Assembly: GCF_004010195.1 (NCBI RefSeq)
Contig: NC_057744.1
Location: 23,755,401 to 23,819,400 of the forward strand
DNA from: Chiloscyllium plagiosum
Lineage: Eukaryota
Length of the DNA stretch: 64,000 nt
Reading direction: 5' to 3'
The position numbers and the translations under genes were made by a program. The notes under the pieces are model-generated. The model was not told where the DNA came from, ran no database searches, and saw nothing but the letters and a program-made list of their open reading frames with translations. Shown piece after piece: positions 24,256 through 37,997 of the stretch. Position 1 is the first letter of the stretch. Each line of letters opens with the position of its first letter.

Positions 24256-27200
24256 AGAACAAAAAACAAAGAAAATTACAGCACAGGAACAGGCCCTTCT
24301 GCCTGTGCAAATCCAAATCCTTGATCTAAACCTGTCACCTATTTTCCAAGGATCTGCATCCCTCTGCTCCCTGCTCATTCATGTATCTGTCCAGGTACAT
24401 CTTAAATGACACTCTTGTGCCCTCCTCTACCACCTCCACTGGCAATGCATTCCAGGCACTCACCACCTTCTGCATAAAGAACTTTCCATGCATATTTCCC
24501 TTAAACACTTTCCCTCGTAATCCCTAGTAATTGAGTCTCCCACTCTGGGAGAAAGCTTCTTGCTATCCACCCTGTCTATACCTCTCATGATTTTGTAGAC
24601 CTTGTTCAGGTCCCCACTCAACATCCGTCTTTCTAATTAAAATAATCCTAATCTACTCAACCTCTCCTCATAGCTAGCATTCTCCATACCAGGCAACATC
24701 CTGATGAGCCTCCTCTGAACACTTTCCAAAGCATCCACATTCTTCTGTTAATGTGGTGACCAGAACTGTATGCAGTATTCTAAATGTAGCAGAACCAAAG
24801 TCCTATACAACTGTAACATGACCTGCTAACTCTTGTACTCAATACCCCGTCTGATGAAGGAAAGCATGCCGTATGCTTTTTTGACTACTTTATTGACCTG
24901 TGTTGCTACCTTCAGGGTACAATGGACTTGAACACCCAGAGCTCTCTATAGATCAATTTTCCCCATGGCTTTTCCATTTACTGGACAGTTCACTGTTGAA
25001 TTGGATCTTCCAAAATGCATCACCTCGCATTTGTCTGGATTGAACTCCATCTGTCATTTTTCTACCCAACTCTCCCAATATATCGATATTCTTCTGTATT
25101 TTCTGACAGACCCCTTCATTATCTGCTACTCCATCAATCTTAGTGCCAAGGAACAGCACGGTGGCTCAGTGGTTAGCACTGCTGCCTCACAGCGCCAGGG
25201 ACCCGGGTTCGATTCCAGCCTTGGGCAACTGTGTGGAGTTTGCACATTCTCCCCGTGTCTGCGTGGGTTTCGTCTGGGTGCTCTGGTTTCCTCCCACAAT
25301 CCAAAGGTGTACTAGTCAGGTAAATTGGCCATGCTAAATTGCCCATAGTGCTCAGTGCATTAGTCAGGGGTAAATATAGCGTCTGGGTGGATTGCTGTTT
25401 GGAGGGTCGGTATAGACTTGCAGGGCTGAAGGGTTTGTTTCCACACTATAGGGAATCTAATCTGCAAACTTGTTAATCAGACCAGCTATACTTCCTCCAG
25501 ATCATTTATGTATATCACAAACAACATAGATCCCTGTGTAACACCATTGGCCACAGTTCTCCAGTTTGAGAAACTTCCTTCGACTATTACTCTCAGTCTC
25601 CTGTTGCCCAGCCAGTTCTCTATCAATATATCCCTAGACCCCATGTGACTTCACGTTCTCCATCAGCTTACCATGGCGGAACCTTATCATCACCTCACTG
25701 AAGTTCATGTATATGATATCTGCAGCCCTTCCCTCATCAATCAACTTTGTCACTTCCTCAAAAAATTCTATTAAGGTGGTAATAATATTCCCTGTACATA
25801 ACCATGCTGCCTATCACTGATAAACCCATTTTCTTCCAAATGTAAATAGAGCTTATCCTTCAGTATCTTCTCTAGCAGCTTCCCTACCACTGACATCAGG
25901 CTCACCAATCTATAATTACTGGGATTATCCTTGCTACCCTTCTTAAACAAGTGGACAACATGAGTAACTCTCCAGTCCTCCGGAACCTCACCCGTGTTCA
26001 AGGATTCTGAAAACATATCAGCTAAGGCCACAGCTATTTCCTCTCTCCCTTCCCTCAGTAACCTGAGATAGATCCCATTCGGACCTGGGGATTTGTCCAC
26101 CTTAATGCCTTTTAGAATAGCCACCAGCTCCCCCCCCCTCTTTATACCAACTTGATCTAGAGTAATTAATCATCTATCCCTAACCTCAACATCCGTCATG
26201 TCCCTCTCCTCAGTGAATACTGTCGTAAAGTACTCATCGAGAATCTCAACCATTTTCTTTGACTCCATACATAACTTCCCTCCTTTGTCCTTGAGTGGGC
26301 CGACCCTTTCTCGAGTTACCCTCTTGCTCCTTATATAAGAATAAAAGGCTTTGAGATTTTCCTTAACCCTGTTTGCTAAAGATATTTCATGACCCCTTTT
26401 AGCCCTCAATACAGACTGGTCCTAGTTTTCCAATATTCTTTCAAAGCTTTGTCTGTTTTCAGTTGCCTAGACCTTATGAATGCTCTTAGCTAGTCTCACA
26501 ATTTCACCTGATATCCATGGTTCCTTAATCTTGCCATTTATATCCCTTATTTTCATAGGGACATGTCTGTCCTGCACTCTAATCAACCTCTCTTTATAAG
26601 CCTCCCACATATCAAATGTGGATTTACCCTCAAACAGATGCTCCCAATCCACATTCCCCAGCTCCTGCCAAAATTTGCTATAGTTGGCCTTTCTCCAATT
26701 TAGCTCTCTTCCTTTAGGGTCACTCTCATCTTTGTCCATTAATATTCTAAAAGTTACCAGAATTGTGATCACTATTCCCAAAGTAATTCCCTACTGAAAC
26801 TTCAGTCACCTGGCCGGGCTCATTTCCCAACATCAGGTACAGTCTGACCCCTTACTGAATTGGCCTATTTACATACTGCTCTATAAAACCCTCCTGGATG
26901 CTCCTTCCAAATTATGCTCCATCTAAACCACCAACACTAAGTAAATCCCAGTCAATGTTTGGAAATTAAAACCTGCCATCACAACCACCCTTTTGTTTCT
27001 ACATCTTTCCATAACATGTCTATATATTTGCACCTTTATCTCACATTCGCTGTTGGGAGGCCTGTAGTACAGACCTAACATTGTTACCGCGCCCTTCCTA
27101 TTTCTGAGCTCTGCCCATGTTGCCTCACTGCTCAAGTCCTCCATAGTGTCCTCCTTCAGCACAGCTGTGATACCCTTTCTGTCCAGGAATGCAACTCCTC

Positions 27201-28800
27201 CACCCCTTCTACTTTCCTCTCTATCCCACCTGAAGCATCAGTATCCTGGGATATTTAGTTGCCAATCATGACCTTCCCTCACCCAAGTATCATAATAACA
27301 ATAACATCATACTACCAGTACTAATCCAAGCCCTAAGTTCATCTGCCTTACCTATTACACTTCTCCCATTAAAACAAATGCACCTCAGATCACCTATCCA
27401 TTTGCGTTCATCATCTGCTCCCGACCTACTCTTCCCTTTAATCATGCTGATTTCATTATCTCGTTCCTTACAGGCTTTAGTTACTATCTCCTTACCTTCC
27501 ACTAACCTCCTCATTTGGGTCCGATTCCCCCTGTCACATTCGTTTAAACCCTTCACTACAGTGTTAGCAAAAGCACTCCCTCGGATATTGATTCCAGTCC
27601 GGCCCAAGCGTAGACTGTCCAATTTGTAATAGTCCCACCTCCCCCAGAGCTGGTCTGAATTTCCAGAAATCTGAACCCCTCTCTCTTGCACCATCTCTCA
27701 AGCCACACATTCGTCCTGCCTATTCTTTCATTTCTACTCTGACTAGCGTGTGGTACTGGTCGCAATCCTGAGATTACTACCTCTGAGGTCCTACTTTTTA
27801 ACTTGGCTTCTAACTCCCTAAATTTTGCTTGTAGGACCTCATCCCATTTTTTACCTATATCATTGGTGCCTACATGCCCATGACAATTAGCTGTTCACCC
27901 TCCCCCTTGAGAATATTCTGCAGTCAATCCGAGACATCCCTGACCTGTGCACCTGAGAGGCAACATACCATTCAGGAGTCATGTTTTTGACCACAGAAGC
28001 ATCTATCTACTTCCCTTACAATTGAATCCCCTGTGTCTATAGCCCTTCCACTCTTTTTCCCAGCCTTCTGTACAGCAGAGCCAGACATGGTGCCATGAAC
28101 CTGGCTATTGCTGCCTTCTCCTGGTGAGCCATATAGTATCCCAAACAGCAAACCTGTTTTGGATGGAGATGAACGCAGGGGATACCTGCACTACCTTCCT
28201 GCTCTTTCTCTGCCTTTTGGTCACCCATTCCCTTTCTCCCTCAGCAATCCCAATCTGCAGTGCATCCAACTCGCTAAATGTGATATCTACAATATCCTCA
28301 GCATCGCAGATGCTCCAAACTGAGTCCATCTGCAATTCCAGCACCATCATGAGGCTTAACAAGAGCTGCAGCTGGACACACTTCTGCACATGAAGGAGTC
28401 AGGAACATCAGCTGTGTTCCTGAGCTCCCACATTGAGCAAGGGAGCATAACACAGGTCTGCAACCCCCTGCCAGTTTTACTCTTAAGTTTAACTTAGTCT
28501 AACCATAATATCAAATAGTAGATAAATGAAATTAAAAATTACCAACCACACTACCAGCAAATGATGAAAAAGAAAAAGAAAAACCTTATCAACACAACCA
28601 TAGGGTCTTTTTTTTTTAGTTAGAGGAGGCGGGCAGGTGGGAGACACTACACATGTAGTGTCTTGGGTCTATCCACTTCCCAAATATATCAGTTCACTCA
28701 CCTTCCCAGTGTGCAATTTGACCGCTCTCACTCAGTTCCTCATTCTCATCGCTCCTGCTAATGCTGCAAAATGGAGGCCACTGATTCCATGAAGTAATTA
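24256..28800 (-). mobile_element. Near full-length decayed CR1 LINE (ORF1 with esterase-like domain, APE endonuclease, RT, 3' UTR)
   Basis: In order on the - strand: ORF1 KCVQLQLL and WC..EGFRF / DSLRL; endonuclease GLYYRPPNS...MAGFNF; RT KSPGPNGIY, PEDWR, QHG; CR1 3' UTR at ~24256-24330. Confidence 0.85.
25152..25462 (+). mobile_element. HE1-type SINE nested in CR1
   Basis: Head cagcacggtggctcagtggttagcactgctgcctcacagcgccaggg, aatctaatct tail. Confidence 0.85.
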
Positions 28801-31334
28801 TTTAATTGGGAAATTTACCAGCCTGGCAGCCCCTGATCCTCACTGTCACCACTCCCACTGCTGTTGTTTATTACGAAATACAGGATTCTCCATTGCCTTG
28901 AAGAGACCTTTCAGGATTTAGCCTTATCCACCATTTGAAAAACCTACAGTTCAGTAGGTTTGAATTTGTGATTGGATTCAGTCGCAGTGAAAACTGTTTA
29001 GGCCCAGATCCTACAGTGTGTTCCGTGCTGGGTGACTCTGTAACAGGCAAACTAGCTTGCTCATGAACAGCTGCTCTTTCTGAAAAACAAAGTTATCAGT
29101 TTGTCTGGCTTAAAGGGGCCACGGTCATTTTTAATTACACTCATTAAATACGCTCTGTAAACTTCAAAGCCTTTCCGTCAGATATAAATGAATTAGTAAA
29201 GCTTTCAAACACCATTGTTCGAAGTCAGTGCAGCTTCTTTAATATCAGTTAAACAAGAACCAACAAATGTGAATTAGATTTAGGTTTCCTAATGCTAAGA
29301 TCTATTAACCATATCTTTACAATAAAACACATGTAATTACAACTAACATCTGCTCCTTAGTGTTCTTGGGATTGGTTGATATATTTATGTGAATTGCCTG
29401 CAACAGTTTACATCATTGATAAGAGTATATAATGTTATTTGTACAGCTGTAACTTGTATCTAAATGCCTATCATTTGTTGACAATGGAATGAAAACTCTA
29501 GGCCCAAAGGGATGGATATTTGTTTCTGCCTATGTGACTCGAGCCACAGAGGTAGGGTGACATTATTAAACCTCATCCTCACCCCATCGATAGTGTTCAT
29601 TTGGACTGTTTCCCAATATGGAATCAGAAACAGTCAGAATTAAGAATAAAGATTGATTACTCAAAACTTTATTTAGCCAAGTCCAAGTTGTATTATGGTC
29701 TTTAGAGGGCTGTTTGTCACGAGACCTGGTGAGTCTTCTCTTTGTATCTGACCAGACTCATCTACCCCACCCCACCCCAAAGGTCATTCTCACATCCAAT
29801 TTCAACTCCATCTTGCCACACGCATTTCCAGAATATTTTTTCCACTAAGTGGGCTTTTCTCATTCACTCATGAGATGTGGGCATTATTGGCTGATCCAAC
29901 ATTTATTGCCCATCCCTAGCTGACCTGTGGATGCTTGTGGTGAGCTGCCTTCCTGAACGGCTATAGTAAGCATGTGGTGGGTAAGCTCACAATGCCATTA
30001 TGATGGGAATTCCAGGACTTTTGATCCAGCAACAGATTGCCAGAGACCAGTCAGCCCCAGGCAAGAGAGGAATCTATGGTGTCAGCAGTCAGGGAGGAAC
30101 AGGAGCAGCAGACAAGCATGTGGAGCACAATGGCCCTTAATGCCCCATTGCAGCGAATCATCCAACCACCTGACTGCTATCATGGACAAGTTGGCAGCTG
30201 TCACACAGAGCCAGGCCCAATACCACTAGAGATTGCTGGAGATGAGCACATGTTGGTCATCAGGACGGAAGACTTGGTGACAGAGTTGGGTCAGGGTCTG
30301 TAAAACATTGACTGCAATGCAGGTGCCCCCTCCTTACAAGGAGACAGGACCTTGTAAGGAGACACCATTCCAGAGGTGGAACAAAGTCACTGGACACTTT
30401 CCACTCAGGATCACTGCAAAGGTGGCTAGGCCCTCCACCTCAACCCTGCCTGCCTCCAACCGATCATTGGAAGTTCAAGCTGAGGAGGTTCAACTTTCCT
30501 CTAAAAAGACAACCCACAGCTCATCTGGTCTGACTACACAGAAGCACCCTGGGGCTGCTCCACCAAACACTTAGGGTCAATGAGCTTAAACTTGAGCGAG
30601 CTCCCTCTGCTACCTCTACGGAACAATAAGATAAATAGGAGAGAGAGGGAAAGAAGGTGAGGTGACCATGCGTGGTCTGGTCATACACTGCCACTCCTTG
30701 AAGCCATGGTGCTCCTAACCATTGACAACTTTCCCTCCCATTTTACGTACTGCTCAGCCATGCTTCACTGTATGTCCTCCTTTTTTCAAATCCTGCTGCC
30801 CTTGTTCTGCAAAGTTATCTAGAGTGTGAAGAGAGTAACACTCTGACTCTTGATCCCATGAAAACGGCTGTACTTACATCCCCACTTTGGTGGACTGGCT
30901 CAGGGACCAATGTGACTGGACAACCCTAGGCAAGCTGTACTCAAACCCATGACTGGTGGATAGACATCTCCCAGACTCCATTAACAAGAAACACTGGAAG
31001 CACTATGGAACCAAAGGACTGACTGAGACACATTCTCTGCACTGCAGAGGCACTGACTCCATGTGTAATATAACTCCAACCAATCCCTGATCTGATATTG
31101 GAGGCTGCTCTGACTTACAATGTCTGAATCGCTTGTCTGCAGCTGTCTCCATAGACTTCATTAAGGACTATTCCCTGAGGCGTCCGATGCATGGCTGCCT
31201 GCTTAATTCACAAGCTGTGTGTTTACTGCATAAGTTGCTGGCACACCATGCTGCCAGGAGAGGCACAGCATGATGCCACACAGCAAGATGTGCGTCCCCT
31301 GCTGCTCAGCAAAGGAAGTTGCCTTAAATAAAAA

Positions 31335-31550
31335 CTGAAAGAATTGCTGATGCTCTTAACCAAAAACAAAAATAGAGTTACTCAGCAGGTCTGGCAGTAT
31401 CTGTGGAGCGAATTCAGAATTAACATTTCGGGTCAAGTGACCCTTCCTCAGAATTGATCGTAGCCAGCAAGATCTGAAACATTAGCTCTGATTTCTCTCC
31501 ACAGATGCTGTCAACCTGCTGAGCTCTTCCAGCAAGCTCTATTTTTGCTT
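31335..31550. mobile_element. Palindromic Penelope-derived element
   Basis: actcagcaggtctggcagtatctgtggag versus ctccacagatgctgtcaacctgctgag, with a CTGAGGA..GAAA core on the - strand. Confidence 0.65.
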
Positions 31551-31954
31551 AGGGCAGTTGCCTGCTGTGTGACTTTGTTAACGGACGTGACAAAGCAAGG
31601 CAATGATGCTTTACATTTAGGTGCTAGGTGAGAGAGTGTTAAGAGAATAACTATGCAGCTTTAAGCTGCAGTGTGGTCCAGTCTGTGAGATGGGTGCCTG
31701 TGCTTCTATACAAAGTATCCCCACTGCAGCCTTTCAATGCTATTTGCTGCTGCTGTGTGCAATGAACGTTTGTGTCACCAGAGCACCCTACCAGTGTATT
31801 GATGAAGTGCCAGGATGGTCGAGAGGGGTTGTTAAATGCTGCATGCCAATGTCTGCGAAGAAGGGTCTGCGCGGCTAGTGCCTGGGAATCATCCCTGGGC
31901 TGCAGTTTGCTCACAGACAACATGGAGATCATTTGGAGCAAGTGATGGGGGAAT

Positions 31955-32290
31955 GCCATGGCCGAGTGGTATTATTGCAAGACTATCAATCTAGAAACTC
32001 AACTAATGTTCTGGGGATGAAGATTTGTATCCTACCATGTCAGATAGTGGAATTTAAAATCAATTTTAAAAAGCTAAAATTAAGAAATTACTGATGACTG
32101 TGAAACCATTGCTGATTGTTGGGAGAAACCATCTAGTTCAAAAAGTCCTCTAGGGAAGGAAATCTGCCATTCTCCCCTGGTTGGGCTTACGTATGACTCC
32201 AGACCCACAGCAATGACTCTCAACTACCCTCAGGGCAATGAGAGGTGGGCAATGAATGCTGGCACAGCCCTCATCCCGTGAATGAATATT
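31955..32290 (+). mobile_element. Deu-domain SINE (SacSINE1-like)
   Basis: tRNA-like head, then gaaaccattg..gattgt..aaaccatctagttca..ctagggaaggaaatctgcc..tgactccagacccacagcaatg. Confidence 0.65.
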
Positions 32291-32409
32291 AGAAAAAGCA
32301 GCGAAATGCAGGCTCTGATTTCTTTGCTGAGTTTTCCTGACATTGAATTTGTTTGGTTATGAAGATGGGAGATTGAATGTTCAAAAAGAAAGTGGGCTGT
32401 TAGCAAGGT

Positions 32410-32622
32410 TAAAAATCACACAACACCAGGTTATAGTCCGACAGGTTTAATTGGAAGCACTAGCTTTCGGAGCGCTGCTCCTTCATCAGGTGTGACAACC
32501 ACCTGATGAAGGAGCAGCACTCCAAAAGCTAGTGCTTCCAATTAAACCTGTTGGACTATAACCTGGTGTTGTGTGATTTGTAACTTTGTACACCCCAGTC
32601 CAACACTGGCATCTCGAAAACA
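32410..32622. mobile_element. Palindromic Penelope-derived insert with TSD and an intact - strand hammerhead core (32461-32489)
   Basis: ~85-bp inverted arms. tgttagcaaggt (32398-32409) and tgtcagcaaggt (32623-32634) flank the insert. Confidence 0.8.
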
Positions 32623-33992
32623 TGTCAGCAAGGTGTTTAACAACTAATGACTGTCAATTGACAACTCACTGTTGCCTGATGAGAATCTTGCTGCTGCATG
32701 TAAAAGGCAGAGAAGATGGCGTGGATTATTCCCAACATTGAGCTAGGCCTCACCTCACTTGTCACCTGATTCTGCCACACATCTCACATTACCTTGCTTC
32801 AGTCAGTCACCTATAAGATTCTACCCAGAATCTTCCTCAGTACAGTTCCATTCTTGCTCCCGTGCTATCAGTCTTCAGTGATCTATTACTTCAGTGATGG
32901 AGGGGGAGAGACAATCCATGTGCTGCGAGCACTCAAATAAACCTAGGCCTCGAAGGAAAACAAAATAAACATAAATTGTTGTAAACACTCAGGAGGTCTG
33001 CAGCATCTGTGGAGAGAAAGCAGAATTAACATTTCGGATCCAATGACCCTTCTTTAGAACAAGAAACTTTCACACTTTCATCAATTTATTTTATTAAGAA
33101 CACTTACTATCTTAACTAATTCTACTTAATTCATGAATCTGATTAATCATATCTTATAATGTTTTGCACAACTGAAGATTCTATTATTCTAACTTACAAA
33201 CTCAGAATGTTATTGAACACACTGCATCATGGAGGAGTGCCCAATGACTCCTCAAGATGTCTACCCTCAGCAAATGCTGTGCCTCATGTAACAGCAGCTG
33301 CTATTTGCAACACAACTTTCAAATTTGCCTTGTGTTTTTCTCAAAGTTCTCCAAACAGACAAGATTGCTTTTCTGTACCAATTCTGCAACAGGAGGCCAT
33401 GCAAAATGTGCACTGAGTATATGCCAACCTCAGTGGTCTAAAACCTATAACAGGATGTTCTGTACTTTATGCTCAGTGGTACTGGGCACCAAGAGTCCTG
33501 CTTTGGACAGGAAGCCTCTTGATTTGTGCTGTTAGGATATAAATAATCTTGAGAAGAATTTGTTTGGTACTCTCTGCAGCACAGTTATGTTTGACCTCAA
33601 TAAGATATGTGGTGTTCTGGTTGGGCAATGTTTTCTTATGTTCTCTAAAAACAATGACCATTTTCTTGAATACTTCAGGCATTTGTATATTATTGTTTGA
33701 TGGAATTGTCTCAAAAAGAAGCTTACATTTTAATAGCAGTCACAAAAAGCCACCAGTAAAGAAATAACAGACTAAGGAATGTTAGGCTCAGGAGTTTGTC
33801 CACAGGAATAGATCAACTTGAGGGGTTTTAAGAGCTGCCTTCACCAAATCACAGCAGGGGTTGAAGAGTTAGAGGACCTCATGAAAGGATGACAAAAGCA
33901 TAAAGGCTTAAAGTGATGAAGGAAAGCTGGAAAGGATGAGCAGCTGATTGATATATTAGGTGTGTTGAATACATTTAGAGCAAATAGGGGAG

Positions 33993-34330
33993 TGGGGGGG
34001 GGGGGGGGGGGTTCTTGTGGTGCAGCAGTAGTGTCCCTATGTCTGAGCCAGGAGGCCTGGGTTCAATCTTATTTGTTCCAGTGGTGTATAATAGCATCTC
34101 TGAACAATTTGATGAGAAAATCTCTCTAAATAGGGGATTTGTTTGATGCAATGGTGGTGTCTCTTCCATTGTTTGTCTCATCTGCTCCAGAGGTATATAT
34201 CACTGATCAGATTAGTTAGAAAATAACAGATACAGAAACCTGTGTGAACTCTTGTGATGCACTAGTGGTGTCCCTACTCTGGACCATGCAGCCTAGGTTC
34301 AAGTCCCACTTGCTCTAGAGGTGCTATAAC
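33993..34330 (+). repeat. Poly-G run followed by ~3 tandem tRNA-derived SINE-like units
   Basis: Same unit as the 21930-22520 array. Confidence 0.65.
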
Positions 34331-34507
34331 ATCATTAGGAAAAGTCTGGATAGAGGAATACATTGATGAAATGGGGGCAGGGGTTGGTGTGAAATGCTGA
34401 GATCCACAACACAGCCCATGAGGGGGCTGTGTATCTCAAATTCAGTGTAAACTAGTGAGGCACAATCAGAAAAGGGCTCAGACAAATAGAGAATTTTGTG
34501 TGGATAA

Positions 34508-35162
34508 AGACACGAGAAGAAGGTGTTTGGTATGCTTTCCTTTATTGGTCAGAGTATTGAGTACAGGAGTTGGGAGGTCATGTTGTGGCTGTACAGGACA
34601 TTGGTTAGGCCACTGTTGGAATATTGCATGTAATTCTGATTTCCTTCCTATCGGAAAGATGTTGTGAAACTTGAAAGGGTTCAGAAAAGATTTACAAGGA
34701 TGTTGCCAGGGTTGGAGGATTTGAGCTAGAGCGAGAGGCTGAACAGGCTGGGGCTGTTTTCCCTGGAGCGTCGGAAGCTGAGGGGTGACCTTATAGAGGT
34801 TTACAAAATTATGAGGGGGATGGATAGGGTAAATAGGCAAAGTCCTTTCCCTGGGGTCGGTGAGTCCAGAACTGGAGGGCATAGGTTTAGGGTGAGAGGG
34901 GAAAGATATAAATGGGACCCAAGGGGCAACTTTTTCACGCAGAGGGTGGTACGGGTATGGAACGAGCTGCCATAGGAAGTGGTGGAGGCTGGTACAATTG
35001 CAACATTCAAAAGGCATTTGGATGGGTATATGAATAGGGAGGGTTTGGAGGGATATGGGCCGGGTGCTGGCAGGTAGGACTGGATTGGGTTGGGATGTTT
35101 GGTCGGCATGGACGGGTTGGACCGAAGGGTCTGATTCCATGTTGTACATCTCTATGACTCTA
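34508..35162 (+). mobile_element. CR1 3' fragment (relatively young)
   Basis: LYRTLVRPLLEYC..KLERVQKRFTRMLPGL..LRGDLIEVYKIM followed by a 3' UTR ending ctctatgactct. Confidence 0.9.
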
Positions 35163-37694
35163 AGCAGTATCTAATTACATCAAAAAGGACTAAGATGGGG
35201 GTTAATGAACTTGATATTTTCAACATTAAGGGATGACTAGAATTTCACCTGTGGTGAAACAGAGGGAGGGCAGCTGCAAACAACTCTAAAAGGAAGCATG
35301 TTTCAGAAAGGAATGAATGTGTGGATGGAAGTTCAGATTGAGATTCAATTGTATACACCAAAAATCTGTACACTTTGGACCCCTCTTGATGAGCTAGCTA
35401 GAAAAATTCGTGAACGCAACTCCAGTGACACAGAAGCTTTGGTGAAAGCTGAAAAAAGGACTTTTTCAGCTAACATGTGGTACTCTTGTGAATAGCCCTA
35501 ACACAGACGGAGAATGACGGCTATTTGAAGAAACATAGCTGTGTGTTTGTGATGAGTTGACTGTTGTGAGATTGCACAGCTCAATCATCATCTCCTTAAG
35601 CCATAATAGGCTGCATTGATTGCTTTGCAATGTTTTTGTGTGTCGCACAGCAGGCCTTTTTGGTCTGTGTTCCATCAAAACCAGCTTTCTGCATCTATGG
35701 ATTAAACACAAACATGAGCAGTTCTGTTGTGGTAAGCTGTACAAGATTTGTTTCATTCCGTTTTTTTAAACTCCAGCAGATCACAGTTCCAATAGGAGCA
35801 GATCAATAAATTCAGCATGGGCAGATGGAACGCTTTGTTTACTAAGATGCTGGCCATTAAAAATGGGTTTGAACTCAGAATTTAAACACAAGAGAAACTG
35901 AACTGATCAGCAGCGTGTGTGACTACCACATTTATTTTTATTGCGAAGTAGCTTATTGTCATGGGCATTAGCTAAAGGCAATGTGGAAAAGCCGTTCCCA
36001 AATATCACCGCTTTCTCTTGGTCATTAAAAATCTATCTTAGCATCTATGTCTCTCTGACAATGTTGTTGTTCATGCTTATCTGCAGGAGGATTTGGATAG
36101 CTTGGGCTGACAAGTGAAAGGTAATATTTGATTGCACAGCATTCCTACTAATGATAATCTCTACCAGTAGAAAGTACAACCAGTTCATACTGAACTCAAA
36201 CACAATTCATCTCAAAGCCCCTTACCAGCAATACCTTGGGGATCACAACTGATTATAAGTGTAATTGGAGGATCTATGCCTGTACCACAATAGCAAAAGT
36301 AGCCTTACTGTTCTGTAATACATTGCTTGCTGTAATAAGATCACCGATGTGAACATACTTAAGCCATACAGAAGGCTGAGTCCACACCTATGTGGATTAA
36401 CAGCTATAACCTTTAATAACTATGTATACAAAGGCTACCCTACAGGCTCAGGTCCTTGTCTTATAGAATCAGACCTTAAAGCCTGCTCTCCATTCAATAA
36501 AATCATGGCTGATCATCATCACTTCTCGGCTTCATTATAGTTGCAAAGTTTGAATTTGCAATGGTTATGTGGCTGGAAATATGAGAACAGTGATTAACAT
36601 TTGAAGTCATTGAATGCAGTGTTGAGTCTGAAAGGATGTAAAGTGGCAAATAAAACAATAAGATGTGGTTTCTCAAATCTTTGGTTTAATTCATTTCAAA
36701 AATACGGGCAACCAGAAATGGGGATGTCAAAGTGGGGTTAGGAGTATAGGTAATGTGCCAAATGACCAGAAGCTTGGGGTCATGCTTACAAATTGAATAA
36801 TAATATTCTGCACAGCAATTACTCAAGTTATATTGACCTGTCTAATATAGAAGACAACACATTGTGAGCAATGGTTACAGTACAGTCAACTGAAAGAAGT
36901 ACAACACCGCATCAGATGAATAGAGTTCTAGGAGCTCTGAAGAGAGTGAAAGGAGGAGGAGGGAAAAGGTGAGGGACGACGGCTCCTGTGCTTGCATGGG
37001 AGGGATTCTTGAGAAGAGAAGGGGACCATTGATGTAATAAACAGTGAACCACGTGTCACAGAGCCAAACGTTCATCTGAGTGCTAAAAGGGGAGGGCAGC
37101 AGAAAATACATTTGGTAATGTTCATGTTTGAAGGGGATGAAAGGCAGGATGACCCACTGAATACTGGTTGGAGGAGGGGAAATAAAGACAGTGGAAGGGG
37201 AGAGAAGAAAAAAGCTGATGGTAGAATGATCAATCACAATGGAAGAGAGCCCTTCCAAGGAAAAAGAAAGACAGTATATTATTTGCAAAACTTTCCACCA
37301 CCTGGGATTCCACTTGACCCATGTTTGGATCTGCTGTAGACCAATTGATAAATATTGATAACCTTCATTAGTTATCGCTTCATTGTTACTATATCACATG
37401 ACCACCAGGATGTTTAAGGGCCGGAAAAGTGGACTTTTATCTTTTCTTTTCAAGTGTTCCTTCTGTAAGTCTTCAAAAGAGGGCAACTTATTTGGTAGTA
37501 ATAACAGGCTGTTGACTGAAGAATCACTTGATCTGATTTCTAATTTGTGATGATAAAGAACAAAATAAAATATGACTTTTAAATGCTTTCTTGTAAATAA
37601 ATTATTTCCTAATAATTTACTGTTACTTCACTTTAATAGACAATTAAATAAATCCACAAACAATGGGTTTTGTGTGAAAGACATTTTTTGAATA

Positions 37695-37939
37695 TTTCCA
37701 CCACACTGCATGTTGAAAACCATCAGGAAACCAATGAAACACGTTTCCGTCTCCTCTTCACCTAACGTAGTTGATCACTGTCACCAGATCTTGCATTTCT
37801 GGAACTTCTGAAGTGAAATAAATAGCACATGAAAAAGAGGGCAATCATTCTTGATGTAGGTTAATGCATTCATAAAGTGTATTTAAATAAGAGTTTGTGA
37901 ATACAGAAATAAACTTGAACAAATTTAGGAGAACGTGGA
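37695..37939 (+). promoter_or_regulatory. Putative promoter of gene B
   Basis: ACCACA (RUNX) 37700-37705, AGGAAA (ETS) ~37725, CCAAT 37731-37735 and TATTTAAA 37880-37887, about 60 bp upstream of the ATG. Confidence 0.45.
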
Positions 37940-37997
37940 ATGGCGAATATGTTACCGCAGCTGATCGTTCTCTCTCTGGCATGGACTGGTTTGGAAG
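37940..37997 (+). CDS. Gene B exon 1: signal peptide MANMLPQLIVLSLAWTGLEG
   Basis: ATG at 37940, hydrophobic core, phase-1 donor G|GTTAGT. Confidence 0.75.

Noticed and set aside
29972-31960. GC-richer region with several short ORFs
   Set aside because: No recognisable domain. Probably old transposon debris that I cannot classify.
33257-33535. Cys-rich ORF with C-x10-C and a near GxGT
   Set aside because: Spacing between the putative strands is inconsistent with the family V domain, and there is no Trp or donor site.
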